The notes beneath the pieces were generated by a model that saw only the letters and a list, made by a program, of their open reading frames with translations, was not told where the DNA came from and did not search any database. The position numbers were made by a program, and so were the translations under genes. DNA of 64,000 nt from Candidatus Eiseniibacteriota bacterium (GTDB taxonomy: Bacteria; Eisenbacteria; RBG-16-71-46): positions 1,056,001-1,120,000 of the forward strand of contig CAVSAC010000014.1 in NCBI GenBank assembly GCA_963725865.1. Direction: 5' to 3'. This document shows, one piece after another, positions 1 through 9,916 of the stretch (its first letter is position 1; the number at the start of each line of letters is the position of its first letter).

Positions 1-2644
1 GATCCAGCGCGACTTCGAGCGCGGCACCGTCGAGGTGTGGAACGCGCGCGGCCAGGAGGTCACCGCCGAGTTTCGTCAGGGCAAGGACGAGTACCCGGTG
101 GGCCGCAAGTGGACGGGGCTCGACGCCGCCGAGTTCGAGAAGTGCGCGCTGGTGCGCCAGGGCGAGCTGGACGAGGTGGTGCCCGCCGACGAGAAGGCGC
201 GCCGCGCCTCGACGCTGCACGCGCGGCTCGAGAACGCCGCCGACACCAAGATCGGCGACACCAACGCCACCGAGGCGCTGCAGGTGCTCGAAGGGGCGCT
301 GAAGAAGCACACCTGCGCAGAGCTGGAGTTCACCGGCACCGTCGACAACGCGATCCAGCGGCTGGAGCTCAAGCTCGGCACGCTCGACACCGAGCTCAAG
401 ACGCTCGATCACGACCTCGAGCGCATGAACGGCCCGCTCGAGGAGCTGGCGCGCCGCGGCGAGGAGGAGCGCGGCGTGCGCGAGCAGCTCGACCGCCTCG
501 ACTTCGAGCGGCGCGACACGTTCGCGGCGGAGCTGCGCCGCCAGCTCGCCGAGGACGACCAGCGTCGCGCGGGCCTCGAAGCGCTGCGCGCGGAGGCGAA
601 GGCGCTCGAGAACGCGGTCCAGCTCCCGGAGAACGCGGAGTCGGAGCTGCGCGAGACCATCGCGCGACTGGAGGAGGCGCAGCACAACCTCGAGGCGCTC
701 GAGGCGCGCCGGCGCGAGGAGCAGGCGCGCGAGCGCACCGCGCTGGAGAGCGAGCAGCAGGGGCTCGCGGCCTACGCCCAGAGCACGCCCGAGGACGCCG
801 ACCGCGCGGTGGCGCTGGCGGCCGAAGTGCGCCGGATCGCGGACGAGGACTCGCGGCTGCGCAGCGAGGTGTTCACCCTGCGCGACATGCTGGCGAGCCG
901 CGGCTACGAGCCCGAGCGGATCCAGTTCCTGACCGCGCGCTTCGACAACCTGGTGGACGACCAGCAGCGGCTGCTGCGCGGGCAGTCCGAGCTGGCGCTG
1001 GCGTTCCAGACCGAGGTGGCCACGCTCGAGCAGGCGCGCACCGAGAGCACCGAGACGCTGCGCGCGATCGACGGCCAGCGCCACCGGGGGCGCGTCCCCG
1101 GCTGGGTGCTGCTGGCCCTCGCCGGCGGCGTGCTGATCGGCGGCGGGGTGATGTTCGCGCTCCACGGCCCGCGCGTGCTGGCGCTCGGCCTGATCGGCGG
1201 CGGCGTGGTGCTGGCCGCGATCGGCGGCCTGCTGCTCGCCACCGGGGGCAACGCGCGGGTGGACGACCGCGAGACGGCGCTCAAGCGCCTCAGCGACGCC
1301 CAGCGGCGGCTGAACCAGCTGCGGGCCCAGCGCACCGAGGCCGAGATCGCGCTCGGCGAGCTGTCGCGTGGCATGGGCTACCGCGACCCGGTCGAGCTGA
1401 TGCGCGAGTGGAACGAGTTCGCGCGCCTGATGGACGAGAGCGGCCCGGTGCTGCGGTCCGAGCAGCAGATCCGCGCGCTCGAGACCCAGAAGCGCCAGGC
1501 GTTCGACGAGGTGCGCATGCTGCTCGAGCGCGTGGGTGGCGGCGCGCCGGAGCCGGCGACGCTGGAACGCGTGGCGGCCGGCATCCGCCACCTGGCTGCC
1601 GTGCGCCAGCGGCTCAGCGACATGGAGCGCTCGTACTCGTGGATCGACGAGGAGCGGCGGGTGGCCGAGGCGGCGGCGACCGGGCTCAAGGAGCGCGCGA
1701 TCCGCGTGCTGCAGTCGGCGGGGCTCACCTACGACCCGGAGCGCCCGTGGGCGGAGCACGTGGTCGAGCTGTCCGACCGCCTCAAGGGCAAGGTCCGGCA
1801 CACCCTGCTGATCCGCGAGCTGATCCCGCAGGCCGAGCGCGGGCTGCGCGCGTCGCACGAGACGCAGGCGGTGCGCGAGCAGCTCGCCAAGATCGAGGCC
1901 GAGGGTCCGGCGCCACCGGCGGCGACGGCCGGCGCCCCGGGCACCGCGCCGCGCAGCGCGTTCGAGATCGACAACGAGGCGCGGCTCATGCGCGACAAGC
2001 TCGAGTCGGTCCAGAACTGGCGCACGGACCTGCGCGTGGCGGTCGAGGAGCAGTGGCGGAAGTACCACGCCGAGCACCCCGAGAAGCTCGCGCAGCGCGA
2101 GCGCGTGGTGGCGGCGCTCGAGCACGCGCGCCGCTTCAAGCAGGCGCTCGAGCTGGCGCGCGAGACCATCCAGAAGGTGGCGGTGGACACGCACCGGCGC
2201 TGGGCGGAGCACCTGAACCACCGCGTGGGCGAGCTGCTCCAGCAGGTCGGCGCGCGCATCGACGAGGTGCGCTTCGGCGAGGACCTGGACTTCTCGGTGA
2301 AACCGGCGAACGGCAGCCAGATGGCGCGGGGCAAGGCGGTGGTGGCGCTCTCCGCGGGCGCGCGCGACCAGCTCCACCTGGCGGTGCGGCTGGCGGTGAG
2401 CGAGTACCTCTCGCGCGGGCAGGCCGGGCTGCCGATGCTGCTCGACGACGCGTTCGCGACCAGCGACGACGAGCGCGCGCGGCTCGGGATGCGCCTGCTG
2501 ATCGAGCATTTCGGCAAGCAGCACCAGATCCTGTTCGCGACCTGCCATCGCCAGCGGATCGAGAGCTTCGCCGCGCGCGACGCGGAGCTGTGGCGCGCGG
2601 GCGTGCATCGCATCGAGCTGCAGAGCGCGAGCGTGGCCGGCTAG
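1..2644 (+). CDS. SMC/Rad50-like ABC ATPase, YhaN/AAA_27-like (5' truncated by window)
   Basis: Frame open from window start; long coiled coil with central hydrophobic hairpin; signature LSAGARDQL, Walker B PMLLDDAF, H-loop FATCH. Confidence 0.85.
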   Translation, partial: IQRDFERGTVEVWNARGQEVTAEFRQGKDEYPVGRKWTGLDAAEFEKCALVRQGELDEVVPADEKARRASTLHARLENAADTKIGDTNATEALQVLEGALKKHTCAELEFTGTVDNAIQRLELKLGTLDTELKTLDHDLERMNGPLEELARRGEEERGVREQLDRLDFERRDTFAAELRRQLAEDDQRRAGLEALRAEAKALENAVQLPENAESELRETIARLEEAQHNLEALEARRREEQARERTALESEQQGLAAYAQSTPEDADRAVALAAEVRRIADEDSRLRSEVFTLRDMLASRGYEPERIQFLTARFDNLVDDQQRLLRGQSELALAFQTEVATLEQARTESTETLRAIDGQRHRGRVPGWVLLALAGGVLIGGGVMFALHGPRVLALGLIGGGVVLAAIGGLLLATGGNARVDDRETALKRLSDAQRRLNQLRAQRTEAEIALGELSRGMGYRDPVELMREWNEFARLMDESGPVLRSEQQIRALETQKRQAFDEVRMLLERVGGGAPEPATLERVAAGIRHLAAVRQRLSDMERSYSWIDEERRVAEAAATGLKERAIRVLQSAGLTYDPERPWAEHVVELSDRLKGKVRHTLLIRELIPQAERGLRASHETQAVREQLAKIEAEGPAPPAATAGAPGTAPRSAFEIDNEARLMRDKLESVQNWRTDLRVAVEEQWRKYHAEHPEKLAQRERVVAALEHARRFKQALELARETIQKVAVDTHRRWAEHLNHRVGELLQQVGARIDEVRFGEDLDFSVKPANGSQMARGKAVVALSAGARDQLHLAVRLAVSEYLSRGQAGLPMLLDDAFATSDDERARLGMRLLIEHFGKQHQILFATCHRQRIESFAARDAELWRAGVHRIELQSASVAG

Positions 2645-2667
2645 CGCGCGCCGCGACCCGCGAACGC

Positions 2668-2699
2668 GAGCCCCCGGAGGGACCACCCTCCGGGGGCTT
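2668..2699. terminator. Hairpin between convergent genes (probable bidirectional terminator)
   Basis: GAGCCCCCGGAGGG-ACCA-CCCTCCGGGGGCTT, 13 perfect bp plus one wobble. Confidence 0.7.
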
Positions 2700-2758
2700 C
2701 GTGCGTCGGGGCGGCGCCGGCGCCGTGCGGGCGGGACGCGGCGGCGCGGCGCGCGGCG

Positions 2759-2950
2759 TCAGCGCGGCATCTGGCTCCGCGCCAGCGCGGCGTAGCGCCG
2801 CGCGAGCCGCTCGCGCAGGAGATGCTCGGCGGCGCGCTGGAGCTGGACGATGCGCGCCACGCGCCAGGTGAAGAACCCGATCGTGCCCACGTACGCCAGC
2901 AGGAAGACCCACGCCGCATCGATGTCCCATCCCGGATCGAAGAAGAACAT
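2759..2950 (-). CDS. Small single-pass membrane protein (63 aa)
   Basis: GGAGG 5 nt before ATG at 2950; one hydrophobic helix AAWVFLLAYVGTIGFFTW. Confidence 0.6.
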   Translation of the reverse strand: MFFFDPGWDIDAAWVFLLAYVGTIGFFTWRVARIVQLQRAAEHLLRERLARRYAALARSQMPR

Positions 2951-3017
2951 GCGCCCCTCCACGCGACTGCGCGTGGCCGCGCGGGCGACCCGCCCGCGCG
3001 GCCACGGTCCAATGGGG

Positions 3018-3497
3018 TCAGAGAGTCCGCGACGGGTTATGCGGCGGCCGGTCGTCCTCCGGCGCGCTGCCGCGCACGATGAACGAGCTGAGCAGCAGCG
3101 CCACGCCCACCAGGCCGGGGATGAGGCCGACCGCCCAGACGCCCTGGCCGTCGTTCCCGGTCGGGAGGACGTACAGCATGATCCCCAGCCCGATGCCGAC
3201 CGCGAGCGTCACCAGCCCGCCGATCAGCAGTCCCTGGGCCCGGCGCAGCGCCGCCTGGCGCGGCGACATGTACATGGCCGCGAGATCGTCGTTGTCGGTG
3301 TGGATCGGCAGCGGCGGCAGCTTGCTGGGGTCGATCCCCTTCTCGATCGCGGCGATGCGCTCGCGCTGCGCCAGCTCGATGAGCCGCTGCTGTCCGAGCG
3401 TGCGCACGATGCCGGCCGTGATGCCGCCCACGATGGCGACGATCGGGATCGCGAAGATCATGATGGGGACGAAGTCCCCGCCGTCGAAGCTGAACAT
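3018..3497 (-). CDS. DUF6249-like membrane protein
   Basis: N-terminal TM, ERIAAIEKG motif, two C-terminal TMs with GLIP; AAAGGAG RBS; divergent from ECF sigma. Confidence 0.7.
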   Translation of the reverse strand: MFSFDGGDFVPIMIFAIPIVAIVGGITAGIVRTLGQQRLIELAQRERIAAIEKGIDPSKLPPLPIHTDNDDLAAMYMSPRQAALRRAQGLLIGGLVTLAVGIGLGIMLYVLPTGNDGQGVWAVGLIPGLVGVALLLSSFIVRGSAPEDDRPPHNPSRTL

Positions 3498-3567
3498 GGT
3501 GTGCTCCTTTCCCGCGTCACCGGCCTCTCCGCCGGCCCATCCGGCGCATCCGTTCCGGTCTGCAGCC

Positions 3568-3599
3568 CTTCGACCGGGGGGGTGGGGCGCCGGGTTTCA
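3568..3599 (-). promoter_or_regulatory. ECF-type promoter for the DUF6249-like gene
   Basis: Minus strand TGAAACCC-N16-GGTCGAAG; same architecture as the plus-strand copy at 3657. Confidence 0.6.
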
Positions 3600-3656
3600 G
3601 GAAATCGTGGGCGGCCGGGGGCCGCGGCCCTACAGTCTCCCGCACCGGAGAGCCGA

Positions 3657-3688
3657 TGAAACCCCACGACCCCGCCGCACCGTCCAAG
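3657..3688 (+). promoter_or_regulatory. ECF-type autoregulatory promoter for the sigma/anti-sigma pair
   Basis: TGAAACCC-N16-CGTCCAAG, 6 nt before in-frame ATG 3695. Confidence 0.6.
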
Positions 3689-3694
3689 CAGGCG

Positions 3695-4330
3695 ATGGAC
3701 GAGCTGGCCTTGCCGCCGACCGCTCCGGCGCCCGTGGCGCCGCGCGCTGCGGCAGCGCCGCACCACCCGCCGGCCGCTCCCGCCGCCCCGGCGGCGACCG
3801 AGCGGGCGCTGGTGGCGCGTGCCGCCGGCGGGGACGAGGAGGCGTTCGCGATGCTGGTGGAGCAGCACAAGGACCGGGCCTACGCGCTGGCACTGCGGAT
3901 GACGCGCTCGCGCGAGGACGCCCAGGACGTCGCCCAGGAGGCGTTCGTGCGCGCCTGGCTGGCGCTGCCGCGCTTCCGCGGCGAATCCTCGTTCGGCACC
4001 TGGCTCCATCGCATCGTCGCCCGCCGCGCGCTCGACCGCTCGATCGCGCTGCAGGCGCGGCGCCGGCGCGAGGCCGACCTGGAGGTCGTGGGCGAGGTGC
4101 CGGTGCCGGCGTCCACGCACGACCCGGGGCTCGCACGCCGCCTCGACCGGCTGGTGGAGGAGCTGAGCCCGGCGCAGCGCGCGGCCGTCACGCTGTACTA
4201 TCGGGAGGACCGCTCGGTCGAGGAGATCGCGGCCGCCCTGGAGATGCCGGAGAACACCGTGAAGACGCACCTGAGCCGGGCGCGCGCGTCGCTGCGCGAG
4301 GCCTGGCTGCGCGAGGAGGGCGGGCGATGA
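3695..4330 (+). CDS. ECF RNA polymerase sigma factor
   Basis: Region 2 DAQDVAQEAFVRAW..FGTWLHRI, region 4 EEIAAALEMPENTVKTHLSRAR; start placed at 3695 because ATG 3656 lies in the promoter. Confidence 0.9.
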   Translation: MDELALPPTAPAPVAPRAAAAPHHPPAAPAAPAATERALVARAAGGDEEAFAMLVEQHKDRAYALALRMTRSREDAQDVAQEAFVRAWLALPRFRGESSFGTWLHRIVARRALDRSIALQARRRREADLEVVGEVPVPASTHDPGLARRLDRLVEELSPAQRAAVTLYYREDRSVEEIAAALEMPENTVKTHLSRARASLREAWLREEGGR

Positions 4331-4911
4331 GCTGCGGCGCGCTGGAGCGCTGGCTCGACGACGGCCGGCCGCAGGCCGGCGCGGAGGCGATGCGCGCGCA
4401 CGCGGCCGGCTGTCCGCGCTGCGCCGCGCTGCTGCGCGCCGCCGAGTCGGTCGAGCGGCTGCTCGCGGAGCCCGGCCCCGCGGTGGCGGCGCCGCCGGCG
4501 TTCGCCGCCGAGGTGATGCGCCGGGTGCGCGAGGTGCGCGCCGCGCGCGCCGCCGCGCAGCTGCTGGCGCTGCCGCCGGCGCTCGCGTGGTGGCTGCGGC
4601 TCGCCGCCGATCCGGTGGTCGCCCTCGGGCTGATCCTGGCGTCGCTGCTGGCGTGGCGGCACGAGGCGCTGTGGACGTTCGCCTCCTGGTCCGCGGCGCG
4701 CATCGCGGCGCTGCGCGAGGTCTCGCTGCAGCTGCCGGGGGCCACCTCGCTCACGTTCACGCTGCCCGCGGCGCTGCGCCTGTTCACCGATCCGACCGTG
4801 CTGCTGGGGCTGGTGATGGCGCTGGTGCCGGCGCTGCTGTGGCTGTCGTGGCAGCTCTACCGCTGGTCGGGGCACGCGTTCGCGGGCCCGGATTCGCGCC
4901 GCTCCCGCTGA
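4327..4911 (+). CDS. Zinc-binding (ZAS) membrane anti-sigma factor
   Basis: ATGA overlap with sigma; HAAGCPRC (HxxxCxxC); two TM segments. Confidence 0.8.
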   Translation: MSCGALERWLDDGRPQAGAEAMRAHAAGCPRCAALLRAAESVERLLAEPGPAVAAPPAFAAEVMRRVREVRAARAAAQLLALPPALAWWLRLAADPVVALGLILASLLAWRHEALWTFASWSAARIAALREVSLQLPGATSLTFTLPAALRLFTDPTVLLGLVMALVPALLWLSWQLYRWSGHAFAGPDSRRSR

Positions 4912-5005
4912 GCCCGCCGGCGAGCCCGGCACCCGCCCGCCCGGGCGCGCCCGGCTGACGCGTGCCTGACATGGCGCTGCCGCGCGGTCTGTTACTCTCG
5001 CGCCG

Positions 5006-7285
5006 ATGCGGACCCACCCCACGGGCCACGCGCGCCGCGGCCCGGCGCGCCGCTGGGCGATCGTCGCCCTCGCCGCGGCCGGCTGCCTGCTGCCCGGCTG
5101 CACCCGAACGGAACCGAGAGGAACCCACGCCCTGCACGGGACCGAGGCCACGCGCATGAGCCCGACCTCCGACGCGCACGGACGCACGCCCAACCAGCTC
5201 GTTCACGAGCAGAGTCCCTACCTGCTCCAGCACGCGTACAACCCGGTGGACTGGCACCCGTGGGGCGAGGAGGCGTTCGCGAAGGCGCGCCGCGAGGACC
5301 GTCCGATCTTCCTCTCGATCGGCTACTCCACCTGCCACTGGTGCCACGTGATGGAGCGCGAGTCGTTCGAGGACGACTCGGTCGCGGCGCTGCTCAACGC
5401 CAACTTCGTGTGCATCAAGGTCGACCGCGAGGAGCGTCCCGACGTCGACCGGATCTACATGACCGCGATGCAGGCGCTCGGGATGGGCGGCGGCTGGCCG
5501 CTCAACGTGTTCCTCACGCCCGACCTCGAGCCGTTCTTCGGCGGCACCTACTTCCCGCCGCGCACCCGCGCCGGCCGCGTGGGGCTGATGGAGCTGCTGC
5601 CGCAGGTGCACCAGGCGTGGCTCTCGCAGCGCGCGGCGATCGAGCAGCAGGGCGCGCAGGTGATGCGGGCGCTCGATTCGCTCGCCACGCCCGAGACCGG
5701 GCCCGCCGACCGCGCGCCGCTCGCGGAGGCGGCGTTCGAGGCGCTGGAGCGCTCGCACGACCCCGAGCACGGCGGGTTCGGCTCCAGTCCCAAGTTCCCC
5801 TCGACCGTGAACCTCGACTTCCTGCTGCGCTACGGCACCGACCAGTCGCGGGTGCGGAGCGAGGCGCTCGCGCTGGTGACGCGCCAGCTCGACGCGATGC
5901 GCGCGGGCGGCATCCACGACCACCTCGGCGGTGGCTTCCACCGCTACGCCACCGACCGGGCGTGGGGGATCCCGCACTTCGAGAAGATGCTCTACGACCA
6001 GGCGCTGATCGCCAGCGCCTATCTCGAGGGCTACCAGACGACCGGCGACGTGCGCTACGCCGAGACCGCGCGCGACGTGTTCCGCTACGTCAGGCGCGAC
6101 CTCTCGGATCCGGCGGGCGGCTTCCTGTCGGCCGAGGATGCCGACAGCGAAGGCGAGGAGGGGCGCTTCTACGTCTGGACGCCGGCCCAGGTCGAGTCGG
6201 TGCTGGCGCCGCCGGAGGCCGCGCTGTTCTGCGAGGCGTACGGCGTGACGGCGCACGGCGACTTCGAGCACGGCACCACGGTGCTGCACGAGGCGCGGAC
6301 CGTCGAGGACCTGGCGGGCGCGCACCGGGTGCCGCCGGGCGAGATCGCCGAGCGCCTGGCGCAGGCCCGCGCCGCGCTGTTCGCCGCGCGCGAGCGGCGC
6401 GTGCGGCCGTATCGCGACGACAAGGTGATCACCGCGTGGAACGGGCTGATGATCTCGGCGTGCGCACGCGGCGCGCGGGTGCTGGGCGACGACGCGCTGC
6501 GCGCGCGCGCGGCGGCGGCGGCGGAGTTCGTGTGGGCGCATCTGCGCGATCCGCACGACGGCGCGCTGATGCGGCGCTGGCGCGCGGGGCACGTGGCGGG
6601 CGCCGGGATGCTCGACGACCACGCCGACATGGCGCTCGCGCTGCTCGACCTCTACGCCGCCGATCACGACCCGCGCTGGCTGGCGCGTGCGGTGGAGCTG
6701 ACCGGGGTGATGATCGCGCGCTTCGAGGACCGCCGCGACGGCGGGTTCTACGAGAGCCCGGCGGGCGACCCGAGCGTGAAGGTGCGCATGAAGAACGAGT
6801 TCGACGGCGCCGAGGTCGCCGGCAACTCGATCGCGGTGCAGGTGGTGCAGACCCTCGCGGAGCTGCTCGACCGCGACGACTGGCGCGCGGTCGCGCGCCG
6901 GGCGCTCGACGCCTACGCGCGCCGGCTGCGGCGCGCGCCGGTCGCGATGCCCCGCATGCTGTGCGCGATGCAGCTCGAAGCGGCCACGCCGCGGCAGATC
7001 GTGATCGTCGGCCACCGCGATGCCGCCGACACCCGGGCGCTCGCGCGGGTGCTGGACCGCCGCTTCGCGCCGTACGATGTCCCGCTCTACGTGGATCCCG
7101 CCGCTCCCGGTCCGCTCGCGGATCTCGCGCCGTTCTCCGTGACCCTCCCGATGCAGGCGGGCCAGGCGACCGCCTACGTGTGCGTCGACCGGGCCTGCCA
7201 CCTGCCGGTGACCGACCCCGCGGCGTTCGCGGCGCAGCTCGACGAGCACCCGCGCCGGCCGCTCGCCTCGAAGGAGGATCGATGA
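5006..7285 (+). CDS. YyaL/SSP411 (DUF255) thioredoxin-domain protein, possibly a lipoprotein
   Basis: [45 protein letters not shown]-terminal basic/hydrophobic segment ending LLPGC; alternative start near 5156. Confidence 0.9.
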   Translation: MRTHPTGHARRGPARRWAIVALAAAGCLLPGCTRTEPRGTHALHGTEATRMSPTSDAHGRTPNQLVHEQSPYLLQHAYNPVDWHPWGEEAFAKARREDRPIFLSIGYSTCHWCHVMERESFEDDSVAALLNANFVCIKVDREERPDVDRIYMTAMQALGMGGGWPLNVFLTPDLEPFFGGTYFPPRTRAGRVGLMELLPQVHQAWLSQRAAIEQQGAQVMRALDSLATPETGPADRAPLAEAAFEALERSHDPEHGGFGSSPKFPSTVNLDFLLRYGTDQSRVRSEALALVTRQLDAMRAGGIHDHLGGGFHRYATDRAWGIPHFEKMLYDQALIASAYLEGYQTTGDVRYAETARDVFRYVRRDLSDPAGGFLSAEDADSEGEEGRFYVWTPAQVESVLAPPEAALFCEAYGVTAHGDFEHGTTVLHEARTVEDLAGAHRVPPGEIAERLAQARAALFAARERRVRPYRDDKVITAWNGLMISACARGARVLGDDALRARAAAAAEFVWAHLRDPHDGALMRRWRAGHVAGAGMLDDHADMALALLDLYAADHDPRWLARAVELTGVMIARFEDRRDGGFYESPAGDPSVKVRMKNEFDGAEVAGNSIAVQVVQTLAELLDRDDWRAVARRALDAYARRLRRAPVAMPRMLCAMQLEAATPRQIVIVGHRDAADTRALARVLDRRFAPYDVPLYVDPAAPGPLADLAPFSVTLPMQAGQATAYVCVDRACHLPVTDPAAFAAQLDEHPRRPLASKEDR

Positions 7286-9141
7286 TCACGCCCCTGGCGC
7301 GGGCCGCCCGCGTCGCCCTCGCGCTGCTCGCCCTGACGCTGGGCGGCGTTCCGGCGCGCGCCCAGCTCGGCGGCGCGGCCCCCGCGCCGCCCGCGCACGT
7401 TCTCACCGCGACCGCGGGACCCGTGCACGTGACCGCAGGCGGCGGCACGACCGCCGAAGTGCGGCTGACGGTCGCCCCCGGGTGGCACGTGAACGCCAAT
7501 CCACCCAAACCCGACTACATGATCGCCACCGAGGTCGCGATCGCGGGCCAGGGCGGGCTCGGTGCCGGCGCGCCGGCCTACCCCGCGTCGGTGCCGCTCA
7601 AAGTCGGCTTCGAGGAGCAGCCGATCGCGGTCTACGGTGGCAGCGTCACGGTGCGGGTGCCGCTGCGCGCGGCCGCGAGCACGGTGGCGGGCGCCTACGA
7701 GCTGAAGGGCACGGTGCAGTTCCAGGCCTGCAACGACCAGGTGTGCCTGCCGCCCGCGGAGGCGACGTTCAAGCTGGCGGTGATGGTGAGTGGCGGCGCG
7801 GGCGCCGGCGCGGTCTCCGAGACCGCCGCGGCCGCGCCCGCCACGAGCGCCGCGCCCGACTCGCAGGCGGCTGCGACCGCGGTGCACGGCGCATCGCCGG
7901 CCGGCGGGGCGCCGGCGAGTGCCGCGGGCGGCGGCGCGCTCGCCGACGCGCTCGCGCGCGGCGGCCTCGGCTGGTTCCTGGCGCTGTTCCTCGGCGGCCT
8001 CGCGCTCAACCTCACGCCGTGCGTGTTCCCGATGATCGGCATCACAGTCTCGGTGTTCGGCGCGCGCCGCAAGGAGCCGCTGCCCCAGGTGCTCGCGCAC
8101 GCGATCGCCTATGTGCTCGGCATCGCGGTGACGTACTCGGTGCTGGGCGTGATCGCGGGGCTCACCGGCGGGCTGTTCGGCGCGGCGCTACAGAACACCT
8201 GGGTGCTGGTCGCGCTCGGCGCGCTGCTGATCGTGCTCGCGCTGTCGATGTTCGGGCTCTACGAGCTGCAGCCACCGCCGTGGCTGCTCCAGCGCCTCGG
8301 CGGCGCCGACGCCAGCTCACTGCTCGGCATCTTCCTGAACGGCCTCGCGGTCGGGATCATCGCGGCGCCGTGCGTGGGACCGTTCGTGGTGGCAGTGCTG
8401 GCGCTGATCGCCCAGCGCGGGAGCGTGGCGTTCGGGCTCGAGACCATGTTCGTGCTCTCGCTGGGGCTCGGCTTCCCGTACCTGGTGCTGGCGATGTTCT
8501 CGAACCTGCTCCAGAGCCTGCCGCGCGCAGGCGAGTGGATGGTGTGGGTCAAGCACGCGTTCGGCGTCGGGCTCACGGCATTCGGTCTCTACTACGTGCT
8601 GACCGGCCTGGCGCCCGCCTACGTGACCTGGGTGCTGCCGGGCGCGCTGCTGATCGGCGGCGTGTATCTGGGCTTCATCGACCGCCACGGCTCTCAGAAG
8701 GTCGGGTTCCGCGGGTTCAAGATGGCGGTCGGCATGGTCGCGGTGGCGGGCGGCATCGCCTCGATCATGATGCTGCGCGCCGAAGGCATCCGCTTCCAGC
8801 CCTACGACGAGACGGCGATGCGGACCGCGATCGCGCAGGGGCGGCCCGTGATGCTGGAGTTCTCGGCCTCGTGGTGCCTGCCCTGTCACGAGCTCGACCG
8901 CAACACGTTCACCGACCCGCGCGTGAAAGACCTGTCGCGGCGCTACGCGTTGTTCAAGGTCGACCTGACGCACTACGACGCGCCCGAGTCGCAGGCGCTG
9001 CGCGTGCGCTACGGCGTGACGGGCGTTCCCGAGGTGCTGTTCTTCACGCCCGACGGCCGCGAGCTGCGGGACGCGCGGGTGCTCGGGTTCCTGCCGCCGG
9101 GCCCGTTCCTCGAGCGCATGCAGGCGGCGCTGGGCGAGTGA
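7282..9141 (+). CDS. dsbD: Protein-disulfide reductase DsbD
   Basis: Signal peptide; N-domain [13 protein letters not shown] domain LTPCVFPMI and APCVGP; thioredoxin WCLPC; ATGA overlap, AGGAGG RBS. Confidence 0.9.
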   Translation: MITPLARAARVALALLALTLGGVPARAQLGGAAPAPPAHVLTATAGPVHVTAGGGTTAEVRLTVAPGWHVNANPPKPDYMIATEVAIAGQGGLGAGAPAYPASVPLKVGFEEQPIAVYGGSVTVRVPLRAAASTVAGAYELKGTVQFQACNDQVCLPPAEATFKLAVMVSGGAGAGAVSETAAAAPATSAAPDSQAAATAVHGASPAGGAPASAAGGGALADALARGGLGWFLALFLGGLALNLTPCVFPMIGITVSVFGARRKEPLPQVLAHAIAYVLGIAVTYSVLGVIAGLTGGLFGAALQNTWVLVALGALLIVLALSMFGLYELQPPPWLLQRLGGADASSLLGIFLNGLAVGIIAAPCVGPFVVAVLALIAQRGSVAFGLETMFVLSLGLGFPYLVLAMFSNLLQSLPRAGEWMVWVKHAFGVGLTAFGLYYVLTGLAPAYVTWVLPGALLIGGVYLGFIDRHGSQKVGFRGFKMAVGMVAVAGGIASIMMLRAEGIRFQPYDETAMRTAIAQGRPVMLEFSASWCLPCHELDRNTFTDPRVKDLSRRYALFKVDLTHYDAPESQALRVRYGVTGVPEVLFFTPDGRELRDARVLGFLPPGPFLERMQAALGE

Positions 9142-9181
9142 GCGCGCGCCACCGCGCCGCTGAGCGCCCCACGATGCACGA

Positions 9182-9212
9182 AGGGCCGCGTCCCCTCGCG
9201 GGGCGCGGCCCT
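9182..9212. terminator. Hairpin between convergent genes
   Basis: AGGGCCGCGTCCC...GGGCGCGGCCCT stem. Confidence 0.55.
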
Positions 9213-9234
9213 CGCCATCGCGCGCATCGCGCGG

Positions 9235-9717
9235 CTACAGCCTGAAATTCCAGCCCACCATCAGCTTCAACGACGGGATGTCGCCGATCCCGAGGCGCAT
9301 CTCGCCGAAGAACCGGTTCCCGGACCGCGTGGGAGCCTCGGCGCCGAGGATCAGGTTGGCGCCGACCTCGGTGTCCGAGTTGTCCCGGCCCGGCCCCGAC
9401 ACGTCCCACGAGTAGAACGCGATCCCGAGGCCGCCGCCGGCGTACGGCTGCCAGACCGACTGGGTGTGGAAATGGTACTGCAGGTCGAAGTTCGGCTGGA
9501 CTGTCGTGACGTTGTCGCCGATACCGATCTCGAGGTTCGGGTCGAACGTCAGGTTGGGGGCGATCTCACCGACGTGCAGCTGCGCGCCGAAGGCGAGCTG
9601 GTCGGGGTCGACGCTGGCGCCGACGCGCGGACCCCAGCCGGTGACGGCGGACGGAGCGGCGAGGACCGTGGTGGGCACGAGCGCGGCGAGCGCGCAGGCG
9701 AGGACGATTCCCTTCAA
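9235..9717 (-). CDS. Small outer-membrane beta-barrel protein
   Basis: Signal peptide, alternating strands (QPYAGGGLG), C-terminal VGWNFRL; AAGGAGG RBS with TTG start. Confidence 0.75.
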   Translation of the reverse strand: MKGIVLACALAALVPTTVLAAPSAVTGWGPRVGASVDPDQLAFGAQLHVGEIAPNLTFDPNLEIGIGDNVTTVQPNFDLQYHFHTQSVWQPYAGGGLGIAFYSWDVSGPGRDNSDTEVGANLILGAEAPTRSGNRFFGEMRLGIGDIPSLKLMVGWNFRL

Positions 9718-9916
9718 TGAGGACCTCCTTGGGTTGACGCTGCGGGGAGCGGACGGGGAGGCCCGGAGGATACGCGGGCGCGGCGCGATACCGCAACGGC
9801 CGAGCCCCTGCGCATCCGTGCCTGCCGCGGGAGCCGACGCGGCCCGCGCCGTCCGGAGACTGCGCTATGCTCGTGCCGCTTCGGACCGCGTTCGGCTGAT
9901 CCCAGGGAGGGTGTGC

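Noticed and set aside
1..2644. SMC-like ATPase as an anti-phage system (e.g. Wadjet, Lamassu)
   Set aside because: It is the last gene before a terminator, has YhaN-like features, and any partners lie outside the window
5260..7281. Apparent giant ORFs or fusions (1293 aa at 5260-9141; 1248 aa at 42513-46259; 1075 aa at 46413-49640)
   Set aside because: N-terminal parts are off-frame read-through of the upstream gene; real starts are at the coupled ATGs 7282, 44252 and 48248
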